Part shown: positions 1 to 14,359 of the stretch, piece by piece
Numbering within the stretch: the stretch's first letter is position 1
Layout of the letters: every line of letters begins with the position of its first letter
NCBI GenBank assembly: GCA_964016885.1
Contig: OZ024742.1
Coordinates: forward strand, 215,140,001-215,204,000
From: Eledone cirrhosa
Taxonomy: Eukaryota
Length of the DNA stretch: 64,000 nt
Direction: 5' to 3'
Made by a program: the position numbers and the translations under genes
Notes under the pieces: model-generated
Database searches by the model: none
What the model was told of the DNA's origin: nothing
Seen by the model: only the letters and a program-made list of their open reading frames with translations

Positions 1-40
1 GATATTAAATAAATGGAAACTATATTTATGAAACCATATT

Positions 41-103
41 TATTTTATTATGTATATTTCAAGGGTACCAAGACACATTGGTACGCTTTCATCAGATAAA
101 ATA
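41..103 (-). ncRNA. Type I hammerhead ribozyme (family A, PLE terminal repeat)
   Basis: Minus strand reads TATTTTAT-CTGATGA-AAGCGTACCAA-TGTGTC-TTGGTACCCTT-GAAA-TATACA-TA-ATAAAATA: canonical core, 8-bp stem I, 11-position stem II with one C-C mismatch, near-palindromic stem III. Confidence 0.8.
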
Positions 104-718
104 CAAAGTTTGTTTTATAAATATAGACATACCCACGAAAATCATACATTATCGGTATGATTTTCATGGTTTTGGGTTAGAACGAAAGCCTGTTGAGAAA
201 GTAAATTCCTCTGTTCGATCTTCCAGAAACCTATCTTGTAGATACCACAAGCGGATTTTGTTTATTTCGGATTTACAGAAACCTCACTTGCATATTCAGT
301 AATTTCAAAGTTACGGAACAGGTATGTTTTATATACAGATATGTGCATATATGTATGTATGTATATTTTTATATGTATATATATGTGTGCGTATGTATGT
401 GTGTGTGTGTGTATTTCCTTTTCTCACTAATCGGTTCTTTAGTTGCTACAGATCACGCGGCTGAATTAGCGGTCGCTATTTTCAATTTGCAAAGCCCTTT
501 AAACTGTATGTTATTACTTTGAGGTTTATTCCTCGTCGAGTGCTTGGCTCCACTGCTGAAGGCATTCATTGGCCTGGCTGCTGATCGAACTTCGAATATG
601 CTGTACTATTGTATTACTCTGAGGTCCTATCTTATCGAGTACTTTGCTAACTCATCATTTCATATAAGTAGGCCGAATTTACTTGCAAACCGCCAGAGAT
701 TCGATTTTACTGATTTCC

Positions 719-1005
<287 letters not shown>

Positions 1006-2146
1006 GTCAGGTCAGTGACTTTAGTGTACAAGGATAATGACATGTGTAAATGTAAATGTGGATGTAGGGAGAGAGTGTAGACGTTATTGTGGTGGTTTGG
1101 CAGTGAAATATATCTAGTTTATCTGTCCGTTTTCTTCTCTTTGCAAAATTTGAATGTTAGCCATGTTATATTGAGATGTAAGTAAATGTAAAATGTAAAA
1201 TGTAAATAAAGATTGCTCTGGCAAAATGTATGAAAATATTTGTGTAACTTCCACAACTACTGTCATGATATTCCCGAGTCCAGTGAGCAAACATTTCTGG
1301 TATTTTGATGTTTCAGAATACACAAATTAATTAAAAACTTACCCCACGAAAAGACAGCGTGTGTTGTCCGATCTATCACATAACTCCATACACACATAGA
1401 TAGGCATATATACATACATACATACATACATACATACATACATACATACACATCTACACATATGTATGCATACACATATACACACATGTATACGCACACA
1501 CATATAAACATACATTATTACATACACACACATACACCTAAACATACATATACATCCATGCATATATTCCATAACCACGCGTTCCTTAGCGTGTTTCTCA
1601 CGGAGATTCAGTGTGCTACAGTTTCGGATAAAACAGGTACAACTGTGGGGAAAAGTGAAATAATCACGATCATGAGTAGAATAACCAAGTCACCAAACTA
1701 CGTGTCACCACACATATAAACATACATGCGCATATGTATGTCCATACAAAGATTTATGCACATACGTGTGCACACATACTCATATATGCATTTACTTACA
1801 TTCATCCACACACATAGATATATACATACATATATGCAAAAGTAAATGTATACACACATCTTAACCATATGGATATACATATGCATATTGGAAAATGTGT
1901 GAAATCAATGGAACAGTTAGGTATATTTGAAAAAAGGAAGAGAATGACTTCACTTCTAGTTCTAAACAATTTAATTTTATAATATTTCAATTTTAAAAAT
2001 TTGCTATGTAGATCTAGGGATCCCCAATGCGGATGGTGTGAATATATTGAAGAGGCTGGGCAAATCTCCTTTAGAAACAATGAGATTTTCAAAGTTAACG
2101 CAAGCATGAATTGCATTTTGCAAAACAATTAATTCACTATGGAACT

Positions 2147-2147
2147 G

Positions 2148-2224
<77 letters not shown>
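2147..2224. repeat. (GT)n microsatellite
   Basis: Direct reading. Confidence 0.97.
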
Positions 2225-2226
<2 letters not shown>

Positions 2227-2602
2227 GTGTGTGTTTGTATATTTAGTTACTTATGTGGGGACGGGTAAGAACAAGTGTGGTGTTGTCGCGGTGTGGGAGG
2301 AATTTGGCCCAGTTGAAAAATTGCCAGTGGGTAAAGGAATGTATTTTCATCTTGATTTATTGGTATGTATGTGTGCATGTGTCCATGGCATTCGCCATTT
2401 CTGTGGGCGGATTGGTCAGAAAAGCCGACTTAATGGCAGAAACGAAACCATCATTGAAGCCTCCAAAGATCACTAAAATTCCCGGATCAAAGAACGGCAT
2501 GTTTATGCAGTACATATTTCATATTTGTCAACAAAGTAACCTATTGTTAGGTTTTTTCAAAGAACACAGATCAGCTGGTCAGTATTATGATTATTATTGT
2601 TT

Positions 2603-3060
2603 GTTAAATCCTCCTCACAACGCGCTGGTCACAACACCTATCTGGAAAATCTTCAAACTCATCAACAAACATTTTCCACCGCCTAATCGCTAACTCAACA
2701 TCTTTAACAGAAAGAACGTTAAACTTCCGTACAACACTATACCCAATCACGCACATATCATCGCTTCTTCCAACACTGCAAAAGTTAAGTCTATAACATC
2801 GCACACAAACCTCATTGATGATGAAATTACACAATCTACTACCTGAATTGGAATAATTTATCCAACACCAATTCAGGAGGGAGGAGCCCGTGTAATTTAT
2901 GCTCTGACGAAACCATTCAAATTCTGTTCGATAACGAACAACCTCTAAATAAAAAGGACGAACGTGTGATTTCATGGAAACACAGGACTTCCGAACCATA
3001 CCTCAATTTCAGACCTTCTCACAATCAAGGAGGTTATGACTACTTACCAACATTGAATGT
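2603..3060 (+). mobile_element. Degenerate Penelope-like element fragment (RT-EN linker)
   Basis: NPPHNALVTTPIWKIFKLINKHFPPPNR*LNIFNRKNVKLPYNTIPN parallels WFAPSFSLSIKTPIGKLFCKALDDCFPKTHRYYSNFNKHTIK of the 8-9 kb PLE. Confidence 0.7.
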
Positions 3061-4323
3061 GCACAGCCACACCGGCATATACATCCCTACGAACACACAG
3101 TACATATGCACATACAATCATGCCTCTACACCGACACATATAGCGCTAGGCCTACACAGCACATACACACAGATGGCTTTACCTAAAATCCACCAACAAC
3201 CCAGCGCTAGCATACAAATAACACCCAGCCCAAGTGCATACATAAATACCTGCGCTAACGAGGTCATGTATACATACACATACACAGACCATCACACGAC
3301 ACCTTACAAATATATATACACTTGCCTGCGCACACATGACAATTATAGGTCTACTATTTTTCATAAAAAAACAAATAAAATTATCAATCCCCGCCTCTCT
3401 TTTTCACAACTAATACAATATATCATCACCTCCTTTCTCTTCTACAAACGCCTGCTCACACATGTGCACATGCAGGCAAGCACAAACTCACATATATACA
3501 AGCATATTAACGTCACATACACATATACGCAACTACAACACCTCCACACATGCACTCTAACTCCTTAATATTAGAAGTCATTTTCAAACAACAACAACAA
3601 TCATAATACTGATAAGCTGATCTGTGATCTTGTGAGACAGCTAAAAAAAAAAATAGCTTATTTTGTTGACAGATGTAAAATGTGTACTGCATAACTGTAC
3701 CGTTCTTTGGCCCGTGATCGTTAGTGATCTTTTGTGGCATCAATGGTGGTTTGGTGTCTACACCAAAGCCAGCTGAGATTTCTAACCACTCCGAACATAG
3801 CATTGAAATATTTTCACTAATGTCCCGTGCTAAGAATATTACTAGCTTCAACTGTGGCCATTTGTCTCACATTCGAGAGTTACTTATTGGTATCAGTTGG
3901 TCCGTTTTCCTTGTGGGATGAATCTAATTGGTATCTTTAGATGAAGAACGTTATGTTAGCACACGAATGGCAAGGGAACATTTGGAAAATGTACAAAAAA
4001 TACATGTTTGAACAAAATGCTCATAGAATGATTGAGAGTGGCCTCTTCTACACATTGCTGCAAATTATTTGCGGTAAGAAAAAATTGATTTTATTTCGGG
4101 CGATATATTAAATTCACCACCAAAAATTGTAAATGTATGACTTATTCATTGTGCCACTTCCCTAGAATACCTGTAATACGAATGAAATAAATTGTTTACT
4201 CGAATCATAAAAGGAGGACGGATCGCTGTTTGTTTATCTTCGGGTGCTGGCTACATAATATTTAGATAGAGACAAGGGTAGAGCACGGTCGAAATACTTT
4301 CAACTTCACATTTTCTTCCCTCT

Positions 4324-4337
4324 GTGTGTGTGTGCGC

Positions 4338-4395
<58 letters not shown>

Positions 4396-4412
4396 TTGTG
4401 TGTGTGTGTATT

Positions 4413-4452
<40 letters not shown>

Positions 4453-4462
4453 TGCGTGCGTG
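4324..4462. repeat. (GT)n microsatellite
   Basis: Direct reading. Confidence 0.97.
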
Positions 4463-5445
4463 TTTTTCTCTTAATTTTTGTGTCAATAATTTACTCAAGA
4501 GAAAAAAATCTTCAATAAAACATTGCTAGAAAATCATTTTCATACTTCACCTAAGGATAGGATTTACAATTTAATGATCCGAGATGTATCCATTTTCTTT
4601 CAAGTATTGCCTAGGTATGCCTCAGAGAGTACTAATTGATTTCAAAGTATTTATTGCATTCAATAAACAAAGAATTTGATTTTGTTTGCCATAGTTAGGA
4701 TATTACTTGTTTCACGTGTCATTAATAAACGTTGTAATATTGATAATAATTTGACGAATGCGCTTTGAATTCCCAGGCAATTTATTTTTATTTATTTTGT
4801 ATCGTCATTTCTGAAGTATATTTTACAGGAAATCCGTTTCTTACTGCCAGATAGGAATTTGTTACAAAATGAGTCCACCTTCATATCGTAAACAATGATA
4901 CTATGTTTACATTGGTCATACCATTGCTGATATCTACCGGTGCAAATGAATTGAATCTCGTAAAGGGCTTCTTTCCAAGAACTCCATTTACTTTGCTGAT
5001 ACAGACGGCGAATGACAGACACACATATAGACATACTCATACATACACGCACACACACACACGCACATACACACACACACTCTCTCTCTCTCCCTCTCAC
5101 ACACACACTCACACGCACCCAAACTCACATTTATGTGGGCGGTCAATTTGCCAGAGTCGCTATAGCGTTGGATATTTGATCGGTATTTCTACACTCTAAG
5201 CTCAAATCCCACCCATGTCTATTATGTCTTTAATCCTTTTGGCTTCGGGAAAAAAAATGACCACCGCCATGCTGGTTGAAGATTCTCTCTTCTCAACTGT
5301 TTCATTGTACTTGTTCTGCGAGAAAAAAGGTTGTCACGTATATGACCGTTTAATCTTGCGAATGTATGGAAATTAATATCTCTTAGCAAAAACATAACAT
5401 ATAATGCTAAGACATATTTATTGCGACTGACGGCGCTCTATATGT

Positions 5446-6051
5446 ATAACAAAGATAGTCAAAAAGTAAGGGTACTGATGCTATATATAAATGTATATCA
5501 GACGTACATGAGATTACAATCTACGACCTTGGGAATTTCAAAGCGGTTCCACGTTTATTCCATTGATCATGTCAGTACCGGAAATGATTTCTGTGGCGTC
5601 TTTAGGGCGACGGTTACAAATGTGTTGTTGTGTTTGTTACAATCCCAAAATATGACCGTTTAACTTCAATTTCAAATTAGGCAAGAAATAGAAATCACGG
5701 AGGATGTAGAAGAGTGGGAATATTTTCGTCAGGGGAGACTCTCTGCTTGAAAGTGGTGTATGAGCAGGCGCGTTATCGTAGCGCAATATTCACACACCTG
5801 CAATGTACGTTTAAACTCACTGGATCCTTTTTCGAAGTTATTCCAACATATCTTTGTAGAAGTTGTGAGTAACTGTCTGTCCTGGAAGTCAAATTTGTTT
5901 ATGAACAATAACACGTTTCTCGAAAAAAATGACTCAGTCAATCATCTTATTCACAAGTATGTACGTGCAGACAAAATCATAACTAATAAGCTTATGTGCT
6001 TATATGTCGTATATAAGAAAATCAGTAACCTTATTTGGAATAAATCTCGTA
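5446..6051. mobile_element. Probable decayed mariner-derived element
   Basis: Imperfect terminal inverted repeats (...AAAGTAAGGGTACTGA at the left, TCAGTAACCTTATTTGGAATAAATCTCGTA at the right); internal sequence degenerate. Confidence 0.4.
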
Positions 6052-6059
6052 CACACACA

Positions 6060-6091
<32 letters not shown>

Positions 6092-6094
<3 letters not shown>

Positions 6095-6246
6095 ATAATA
6101 ATAAATTTGAAGACTAAAATACAAAGAGGGCTCGATAAGGATAAATATATATCAAATATACAAGAAACGTAGAGCAAATATTTATTAAAATAACGGATTA
6201 AAATTTATGCAAAGAATCGCTGCTTTCACCCTTAACGGGATCTTCT
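6092..6246 (-). mobile_element. Family B PLE-type terminal fragment with truncated hammerhead, flanked by (TA)n
   Basis: Closely matches 39699-39851 (AAGACTAAAAT...GCTTTCACCCTTAACGGGATCTTCT). Confidence 0.75.
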
Positions 6247-6250
6247 TTAA

Positions 6251-6304
<54 letters not shown>

Positions 6305-6737
6305 GTATTCCAATGTTACTAAGTAGTTGCATTGGATGGAGTCAACTTTCTGCAAATTTCTGTCTTATATGTTTATACACTAGATATGGCTTTCTATAAT
6401 AATAGTACTAAACACTGTTTTTCTGGACCCCTTTAGAAATAACCTGCTACTATAATAGCCCTAATAACTTGTCTGTGACATTGTACCACTTTGACCCCTC
6501 TAACTAAATTTTGTCCGAACAACACCACTAGAAGTATCTACTTCCCAGCCAACCTTAGCACGCCTCATTAAGCTAACTGCTGCCAAAACATTCTCTCTTC
6601 ACAATCTCTACTAGTCTGACAGTCTTAAACCCTAAGACTCCCTCCACCTTACTCACTTCCCTCTTCCCCTTCTCTTCCTACCTCCTTCTTTATCTTTTAT
6701 CTAGTGTATAAAATATTTTCATATCATTCTAATACAA

Positions 6738-6855
6738 AAGTCTGATGACATCGTGTGTTGGCTTACAGTGTACTTTCGGTTTTTGATAATATTTGTGTAT
6801 TATTCAAATAGCGAGGTATAGGTAACTCATACACTATAGAAACAATTGTTACCTA
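6738..6855 (+). ncRNA. Degenerate hammerhead motif with long stem II
   Basis: CTGATGA (6742) ... GAAA-CAATTG-TT with palindromic stem III, followed by AATAAA and a microsatellite; stem I is poor. Confidence 0.45.
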
Positions 6856-6893
6856 ATAAATTCTATATACCGGCATTTCCATTTCGTAAATTT

Positions 6894-6988
<95 letters not shown>

Positions 6989-7043
6989 TCAAAAGATCCC
7001 GTTAAGGGTGAAAGCAGCGATTATTTGCTTACATTTTAATCTG

Positions 7044-8077
7044 TTATTAAGATGTATTAATACTATATAGGTTTAGATGGGTATTGTATGTTATAGGTTA
7101 TAAATTATTTGAATGTATAATATTTTGCATTGGAAAAAAAAAACAAGTATCATTTTATTGATTAAAGTAAGTTTGGCAAAATTATATTTAGCCAGAGTTT
7201 ATTAATAGTTGTAAGTCAAATCTAAAACATCAAATATTTATGAAGATTCACGAGAGTTTAGAAAGGAAAAATTATTTAATTAGGAGTATATATTAAAACA
7301 ATTTACAGTTTCGAATATACATTAAGACTATAAACATTGAGATAATAAAAACAAGGAAGTTTAAAGGAAGTTAAAAATGGATTTTTTAAAACCCAAATGA
7401 TTCAAGGATAGATAAAAATCACTACGAAAGTTATAAGAAGTTATAAAATTCATCTTAAAATATAATTAAGATATGATTAAAATATAAGACATAATTATTG
7501 CACATATATATAAAAATAATATAAATGATTAGATATATATGAAAATAAATAAGTATTAAATAGAGTTGGATATATAAGAAAATACATATGTATTAAGCAT
7601 GTTTAGAATATGTAGGGGTAATGGAAATGCATATCTTTCAAAAGAACCTTTCAGAAATTTAATCATGTTTTACCAAAAATTATCGAAATTGTTATCCCTA
7701 TCTGCTCTAGTCCAAAGGGAGTTGCTAAATTTAATTAAGGTTTTACGTGCAGTTAAGGCGATGTGCATTTCATCGCTAGATAAATCAGTATATTTAAATG
7801 CATAAGTAAGGGCTTTATTAAGTAAATTTGGAGTGATAGATGAGTAATAATTAGCAATATCCAATTAAATGAATTTATTGTTATGCTGATAGGTAATGTC
7901 CTTAAACCAGTCAATGACTTCATTAGTCCCATTCCATAATTTTAAATAAGATATTTCCTTAAGTTGCGGTATGATTCTATCTAAGATATTTTTGCTAAGT
8001 ATGACATGGTCCGATTTAGATGGTGCAATCAGTCTAACTGGTAATTCGATTCCAACATCTATTTTATGGTCCTTCAA
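7044..8077 (-). mobile_element. Inverted, internally deleted arm of a Penelope-like element (RT N-terminal part + 3' UTR copy)
   Basis: Minus ORFs KDHK...PVRLIAPSKSD...VIDWFKDI...DIANYYSSIT...LWTRADRDNNFD; 7044-7670 is the reverse complement of about 9670-10289. Confidence 0.88.
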
Positions 8078-11000
8078 ATTAATTTAACAACCACCTTTGG
8101 CAACCACCTTTGGACTAGACCAGATAGGGATAACAATTTCGATATCACTATGGGGTCATCGGACTCGGCGCAGTTAACGGATCTTGTGGGGCTTTTTATT
8201 AACAATACTTTACATAGGAAAATACCAGAGATGACCGGTGGTTTATATCGTGACGATATGCTATTGCTTATTGAAAATAATAATAATTATGAAATCAACA
8301 GGAAAAAAAGTAATTATACAATTTTTTAATAGCCTTAATCTTAAAGTAGAAGTAGAGAATAATTATAAAATAGTTACATTTTTTAGATGTAACTTTAAAC
8401 CTTAATACTGGTCTTTATTATCCTTTTCATAAAATCAATGAGAATTTAAACTATGTTAACTTTAATTCCAATTAGCCGAGATCCGTTAAAAACACTATTG
8501 TAAATTCTGTGCAGCAAAGTATTTCTAGAATTTCAGCGAAGAAAAATATATTTGAAGATAAGGCACAATATTATAATGAAGCTTTAAGTAGAGCAGGCTA
8601 TAATAATGAAATTAAATATATTGATAATAAGGATGTGCCAATTAACCATAACTATAATTATAATTATAATAGGAAACTTTGCAATAACTCGAAAATCAAA
8701 AGAAGAAATCGAACTAAAAATATATTATGGTTCGCTCCCTCTTTCTCATTAAGTATTAAAACTCCAATAGGTAAACTATTTTGTAAAGCTTTAGATGATT
8801 GTTTTCCTAAGACGCACAGGTATTACTCAAACTTTAATAAACATACTATTAAATGATCATACTCTACCACTATGAATTTAGCGCAGAATATTAATAGAAT
8901 TAATAATAGAAACTTAAAACTTAACCAGAATAGCATTAATAACTCTAGCAATATCCAATATAATGATACAACTCCCAATAATATAAATTCCGATAAATGT
9001 AATTGTAGAAATAAATTTAACTGTCCTCTAAATAATAACTGTTTAGTTAAAAATATAGTATACAATTGTAATGTAAAAACCAAAGATAATTCCTTCAACT
9101 ATGTCGGCTCTACTTCGACAGACTTCAAATCTCGTTTCAATAACCATAAATGTTCCTTTACGAATATTACCAAGAAATCTTCAAATTCTCTATCCAACTT
9201 ATTATGGAATTTAAAATCCATGTATATAAACTACTCTTTATCTTGGAAAATTGTCTCCAAAGCACCATGCTACACAGCTTTATCCAAATTTTGTAGCCTT
9301 TGTGTAGAGCAAATATTCTTTATACTAAAATCTAAGAACTCTGTTAATTTGCGGAATAATTTATTTAGTTCTTTTAAACATCGATTAAACTCAACTTTTA
9401 GATATATATATATATATAAAATGTAATATATGTTCATTCCTCCTTACATAATGTTTTTCTCCATCCAAACACCTATAATCTCTTCCCTCAGATTATATAT
9501 ATATGCTAACCTTCCTAAATATATAAAGTACACTTATTAATTTTAATTTTAATTTACTCCCTAAAACCTTTACTTTCTAATACTTATATTATCGCACTCT
9601 CCAGAAAATCCTTTATGAACATTTTTGAAAAATTCTAAAAATTTCCTTCGAAACACCTCTTGGAAATTTTTGTAAAACTTATGATTAAATTTCTGAAAGG
9701 TTCTTTTGAAAGATATGAATTTCCATTACCCCTACATATTCTAAACATGCTTAATACTTATGTATTTTCTTATATATCCAACTATTTTTAATACTTATGT
9801 ATTTTCATATATATCTAATCATTTATATTATTTTTATATATATGTGCAATAATTATGTCTTGTATTTTAATCATAACTTAATTATATTTTAAGATGAATT
9901 TTTATAACTTCTTATAACTTTCGTAGTGATTTTTATCTATCCTTGAATCCTTTGGGTTTAAAAGAAAATCCCTGTTTAACTTCCTTATTGTTTTTATTAT
10001 CTCAATGTTTATAGTTTTAATTTATAGTCGAAACTGTAAACTTTTTTAATATATACTCCTAATTAAATAATTTTTCCTTTCTAAACTCTCGTGAATCTTC
10101 ATAAATATTTGATGTTTAAGATTTGATTTACAACTATTAATAAACTCTGGCTAAATATAATTTTGCCAAACTTACTTTAATCAATTAAACTATACTTGGT
10201 TTCTTTTTCAAATGCAAAATATTATACATTCAAATAATTTATAACCTATAACATAAAATACCCTATATAGCATTAATACATCTTAATAAATTTTAAATAC
10301 TTCTTTTTGTAATATATCTTATTGTAATTATTTAAATTTTAATTAAATTCTAATTAAATTTTACTTAAATTTCTGGTTAAATTTTTAACTAAATTATGAC
10401 AATAGTCTTTTGTAAAGATTTTTCATCAATAATTTAATTTAATTTTTTAACTTTAACTTTATAAGTAATATAAACACAACATAACGACGAATAATATATT
10501 TACATTCTGACTACTCATCTATATAAATTTATTTCTTCACTCACTTCGCCCAACTTTCTCTTTTTCTTTCTTCTCCCTCCCTGTCACTACTCTTTCTCCC
10601 TCTTTTTCCAATATTTTTTTAACATTCTTTTCTCTCTCCCTCACAATAATTTTTTCTTTCTCTTTCCATCTCAATTATTTGTTCTTTCCTTCACTCTCTG
10701 TCAATATTATATCTTTTCTCTTTTTTCTTCTCTCTCTCTCTCTTTCTCTTTCTATTCTCTTTATCTATTCTCTTCATCTCTCTCCTTCTCAATTTTTTTA
10801 CTCTCTCCTTTTTTACATCTATCTTGTCTCTCTCCCTTTTACATCTATTTCCTCCCAACAGTTTAATTTAAATAAACCGTTGTTTTTTCAATTTTTCTGA
10901 CACTCATTTGCATACTCACTCACAGATTTGTATCACCCTCAATTATCTCCACTATCCAACGAATTTCAACCGTTTAGGTTGTCTTTTTTCCGGGTATGTC

Positions 11001-11129
11001 AATATTTATTTATAAAACAAATCTGTATTTTATCTGATGAAAGTGCACCATAATTTACCTTGGTCGCCCTTGAAATATATATAATAAAATAATTATGGTT
11101 TAAAAAATATAGTTTCCATTTATTAAGAT

Positions 11130-11133
<4 letters not shown>
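8078..11133 (+). mobile_element. 5'-truncated Penelope-like retroelement (RT + GIY-YIG, possibly Naiad-like), pseudogenised
   Basis: RT motifs TMGSSDSAQLTDLVGL and GLYRDD; Cys motif CNCRNKFNCPLNNNCL; GIY-YIG NIVY...YVGST...FKSRFNNH; stops and frameshifts; long 3' UTR ending in an HHR then (TA)n. Clade assignment is an inference. Confidence 0.92.
11026..11091 (+). ncRNA. Type I hammerhead ribozyme (family A) at PLE 3' end
   Basis: TATTTTAT-CTGATGA-AAGTGCACCA...TGGTCGCCCTT-GAAA-TATATA-TA-ATAAAATA; palindromic stem III, imperfect stem II. Confidence 0.78.
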
Positions 11134-11192
<59 letters not shown>

Positions 11193-11196
<4 letters not shown>

Positions 11197-11645
11197 AATG
11201 AAATCTGAGTTTTTCGTATATGAATAATAATATTCGATTCGTTAGCAATTATGCAAACAAGCCTCATTTTTAAAGCCATGTCAGGTAATTAGCCCCTCAT
11301 TCTTGCTCTTGTGTTGGCATGTAAACAGAACTGCAGGCACTAATGTTTCTGGGTATAACCCTTCATCAGTACAGTTCAATTTTCACCTGGCAACTGTCAG
11401 AGCTAGTGAAAATATATGATATTTTCTAAAATATACAGTGACTGATCGGCCTGATTTGCATATTAGCAGACTGGCCGATCAGTCAGATCTGCATATCAGC
11501 AGACAGGCTAGTCAGTTTCCTGTATACTCTACTGACATGGCTATAAAAATAAAGCTTGTTCGCATAATTGCAAACGAATCGAATGTTAATATTAATATTC
11601 GAAAAACTCAGATTACATTTATTGTATTGAGGTATGTAGAGTGAA
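11193..11645 (-). mobile_element. Small non-coding PLE-type element with inverted ends and a mutated hammerhead (11328-11377)
   Basis: 11193-11284 is an imperfect inverted repeat of 11532-11622; minus strand GAACTGTA-CTGATGA-AGGGT-TAT-ACCCA-GAAA-CATTAGTG-CC-TGCAGTTC (U16.1 replaced by C); (TA)n on both sides. Confidence 0.65.
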
Positions 11646-11708
<63 letters not shown>

Positions 11709-11753
11709 TATTTTATAGAAGGAACTTCTACAGGACTAGTACTGTTTCATTCA

Positions 11754-11806
11754 GAGCTTCCTGAAGATTTCATCTGAATGAAACAGTACTAGTCCTGTAG
11801 AAGTTC
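11754..11806 (+). ncRNA. Type I hammerhead ribozyme with U-U at the base of stem II
   Basis: GAGCTTC-CTGAAGA-T-TTC-ATCT-GAA-T-GAAA-CAG-TACTAGTC-CTG-TA-GAAGTTC; GUA triplet; lies in fold-back element 11705-11892 between (TA)n tracts. Confidence 0.75.
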
Positions 11807-11891
11807 CTTCTATAAAATAAAAAAAATTTACTCTGCCATGTATTGAGTACCTTACTTACTGTGGTTATCCCCGACTCAACCCGGGACCTAC

Positions 11892-11929
<38 letters not shown>

Positions 11930-11936
<7 letters not shown>

Positions 11937-12090
11937 TAACAGATTAAAGTTTAAGCAAAGAATTGCTGCTTTCACCCTTAACGGGATCTGAAACTCAGAA
12001 GATCCCGTCAAGGTTGAAAGCAGCGATTCTTTGTTTAAACTTTAATCTGTTATTTTAATAAATATTTGCTCTAGGGTTCTTATATATGAA
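11930..12090. mobile_element. Fold-back pair of family B hammerhead-bearing termini
   Basis: 11930-11995 is the reverse complement of about 11996-12060 (CAGAAGATCCCGTCAAGGTTGAAAGCAGCGATTCTTTG). Confidence 0.75.
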
Positions 12091-12851
12091 GTATATATAA
12101 GTTTGACTTTTGAATTATTAAACCGCATACCTAATCAGGTATAAAGGATCATGTTTTACCCTCTGACAGGCGCAACAGTGTGTTTGTAAACTACTCTAGG
12201 TGGAAATGTCATGATCTAAGGATTTGAAGTTCATAAAGTTTACTCAAAGGGTTAGATATCTTTTGTACGACCACATGTCGCAATGTGAGCACCCTATGGT
12301 TATAAAATGTATATATGTAAATATTTTATAAAATTTGTTCATAAATATGCATACACAAAACTATTTATATGTCAATCTATAATGAGTGCCTAAAATATTG
12401 TTCATTTAGAATTTCTTTATGATAGTTTACATTTAAACCTCGCTCAAGAATAGTTGAATATATCTGTGCTCCCAAGATTTTTCCTAATTAGTACATTTCC
12501 AAATTATTCTATCTTTGGTTCTTTTTAGCAAATACGAAATTAGGTAATCGAGAATAGTATAAGCCTACTTAGGATCTATAAGGTGTGGAGTTGCTTTTTT
12601 TTTGCATTGATTAAAACTGGTCTTATTGTTTTGTAAAACGGACCAATTTGCCGCGCAAAATATTATGTGTATTTATCTTCACAAAAAAAAAGTTTTCTGT
12701 GCCAAATATTATCTGCATTCCTATTTATGTATTTATCTAGTATGAAGTAAAATAAGTATGCTTACATAGGCTTTTAGGTAAATAATGTTTTCTGATCTGA
12801 TATGCTTTGTTTTAAAAGAACGCCTCTCTCTCTCTCTGCTCTCTCTCTCTT

Positions 12852-12882
<31 letters not shown>

Positions 12883-13627
12883 GTGTATGTGTGTGAGTGT
12901 GTGTATGTGTGAGTGTGTGCACACAATAATATTATTAAAAGAATTTCCCTAGAGTTTTGCATAAATGCCACACATCTTATAAGGTTTAAAATGAAGTATT
13001 ATCTGAGTGACAGTGCTAATTTTTCCTTGAAGATATACTCACTAGGTCGAGGTTAGGCATTCACTTTTCGTTTAAAGTGGTAATGAAGTTACTGCTGAAG
13101 TGCGTCGATGTTTTTAATATAACGAGAAATTGAATAGAAATAAACTTTAACAGCTCAATGCATAGGTTTGTTGTGAAAGATACAAAGAAGGAAAAAATAC
13201 ATAAATGGTGCAAAGATAGAAAATAACATCTCAAATGGCCACCGAACACAATTGATAGATCTAATGCAGTGGTATACAACATCATACATTAAGAGAAAAA
13301 AATATAAACTTCCTTTATATAAGAATTGTAAATGACGGAACAATTTGAGAAATACTTTTGTAAAAGAAACATTAGCAGTAGCGACATCGCAGCCAATAAC
13401 AACGATAAGCAAGCATAAAACTATCCATTTAAATGGAAGTTTGCAAAATGCATTGCCAGGGTCAGTGCCTATTGTCAGTCGGCTGTTGAGATTCCTTTCA
13501 CTGTTTACAGTAAAATAAATTCTGTGTAAATCTACAGATTACGAATCTATTGATAACCTATGTTGTTCTGAACATTACTTATCTCTACGCATTTCCACGT
13601 GTTTTTTTCACCTAGTTATATATACCT

Positions 13628-13697
<70 letters not shown>

Positions 13698-14359
13698 ATA
13701 TATATTTATATATATAAATAGAGAGAGAGAGAGAGAGGGAGAGAGAGAGAGAGAGAGAGAGGGGGAGAGAGAGAGAGAGAGAACTTGTTATTGACCAAAG
13801 ACCAAAGACTGCTTTATGTTGCTTATTTTCTGTCCAACGTCTCTGTGTTGCTTATGCTGTTTTGTTTTGTTATATTCGCTTTTAATGTAGTGTTACATTA
13901 ACGGACCAGCTTTTATATAGAACACTTATAACTTGTGTCTGTATTCAGTTTTAACGGAAATTTCTGTATAGCAGACTCCTATATCTATAGATTTTATTTT
14001 CATTTCGGCATAAAGGGAATTTACTATTGATTTACCTTCTCTATATATTTTATAAATGATTGCAGCTGGGAAACCTTAGTTATACGTACCAACTTGCTAT
14101 TCAACTGCCTTAATACTTTTTAATATTGTATCTATCTTTGATAAAGACCATTATAATTAGGAGAAAGATAACATAGGTTTATGAGGTTTAAGCGATGCGT
14201 AAGCAATCTGAAGGTTTATGCCAGGAAATAATTACGAGTAAAACCAGTATATCTTTTTCTCTGTTCAGTGATTGTGAAATGCATGCTAGTATTTTACCTG
14301 GAAAACATCACCCTTCTACAAAGGGCAAACAAAAATGTCCCAAACTCTACCATCTCTTT

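Noticed and set aside
272-330. Possible short exon bounded by tttacag and gtatgt
   Set aside because: No recognisable protein similarity; such splice-like motifs are common in AT-rich DNA.
4530-5010. Possible decayed DNA-transposase fragment on the minus strand
   Set aside because: No diagnostic motif or termini could be confirmed.
8854-8856. In-frame TGA in the PLE ORF as possible selenocysteine (reported for some Naiad PLEs)
   Set aside because: It falls at the hydrophobic position of K-[ILV]-S-Y-S rather than a Cys position, the Cys motifs use TGT/TGC, and the copy has other stops and frameshifts.
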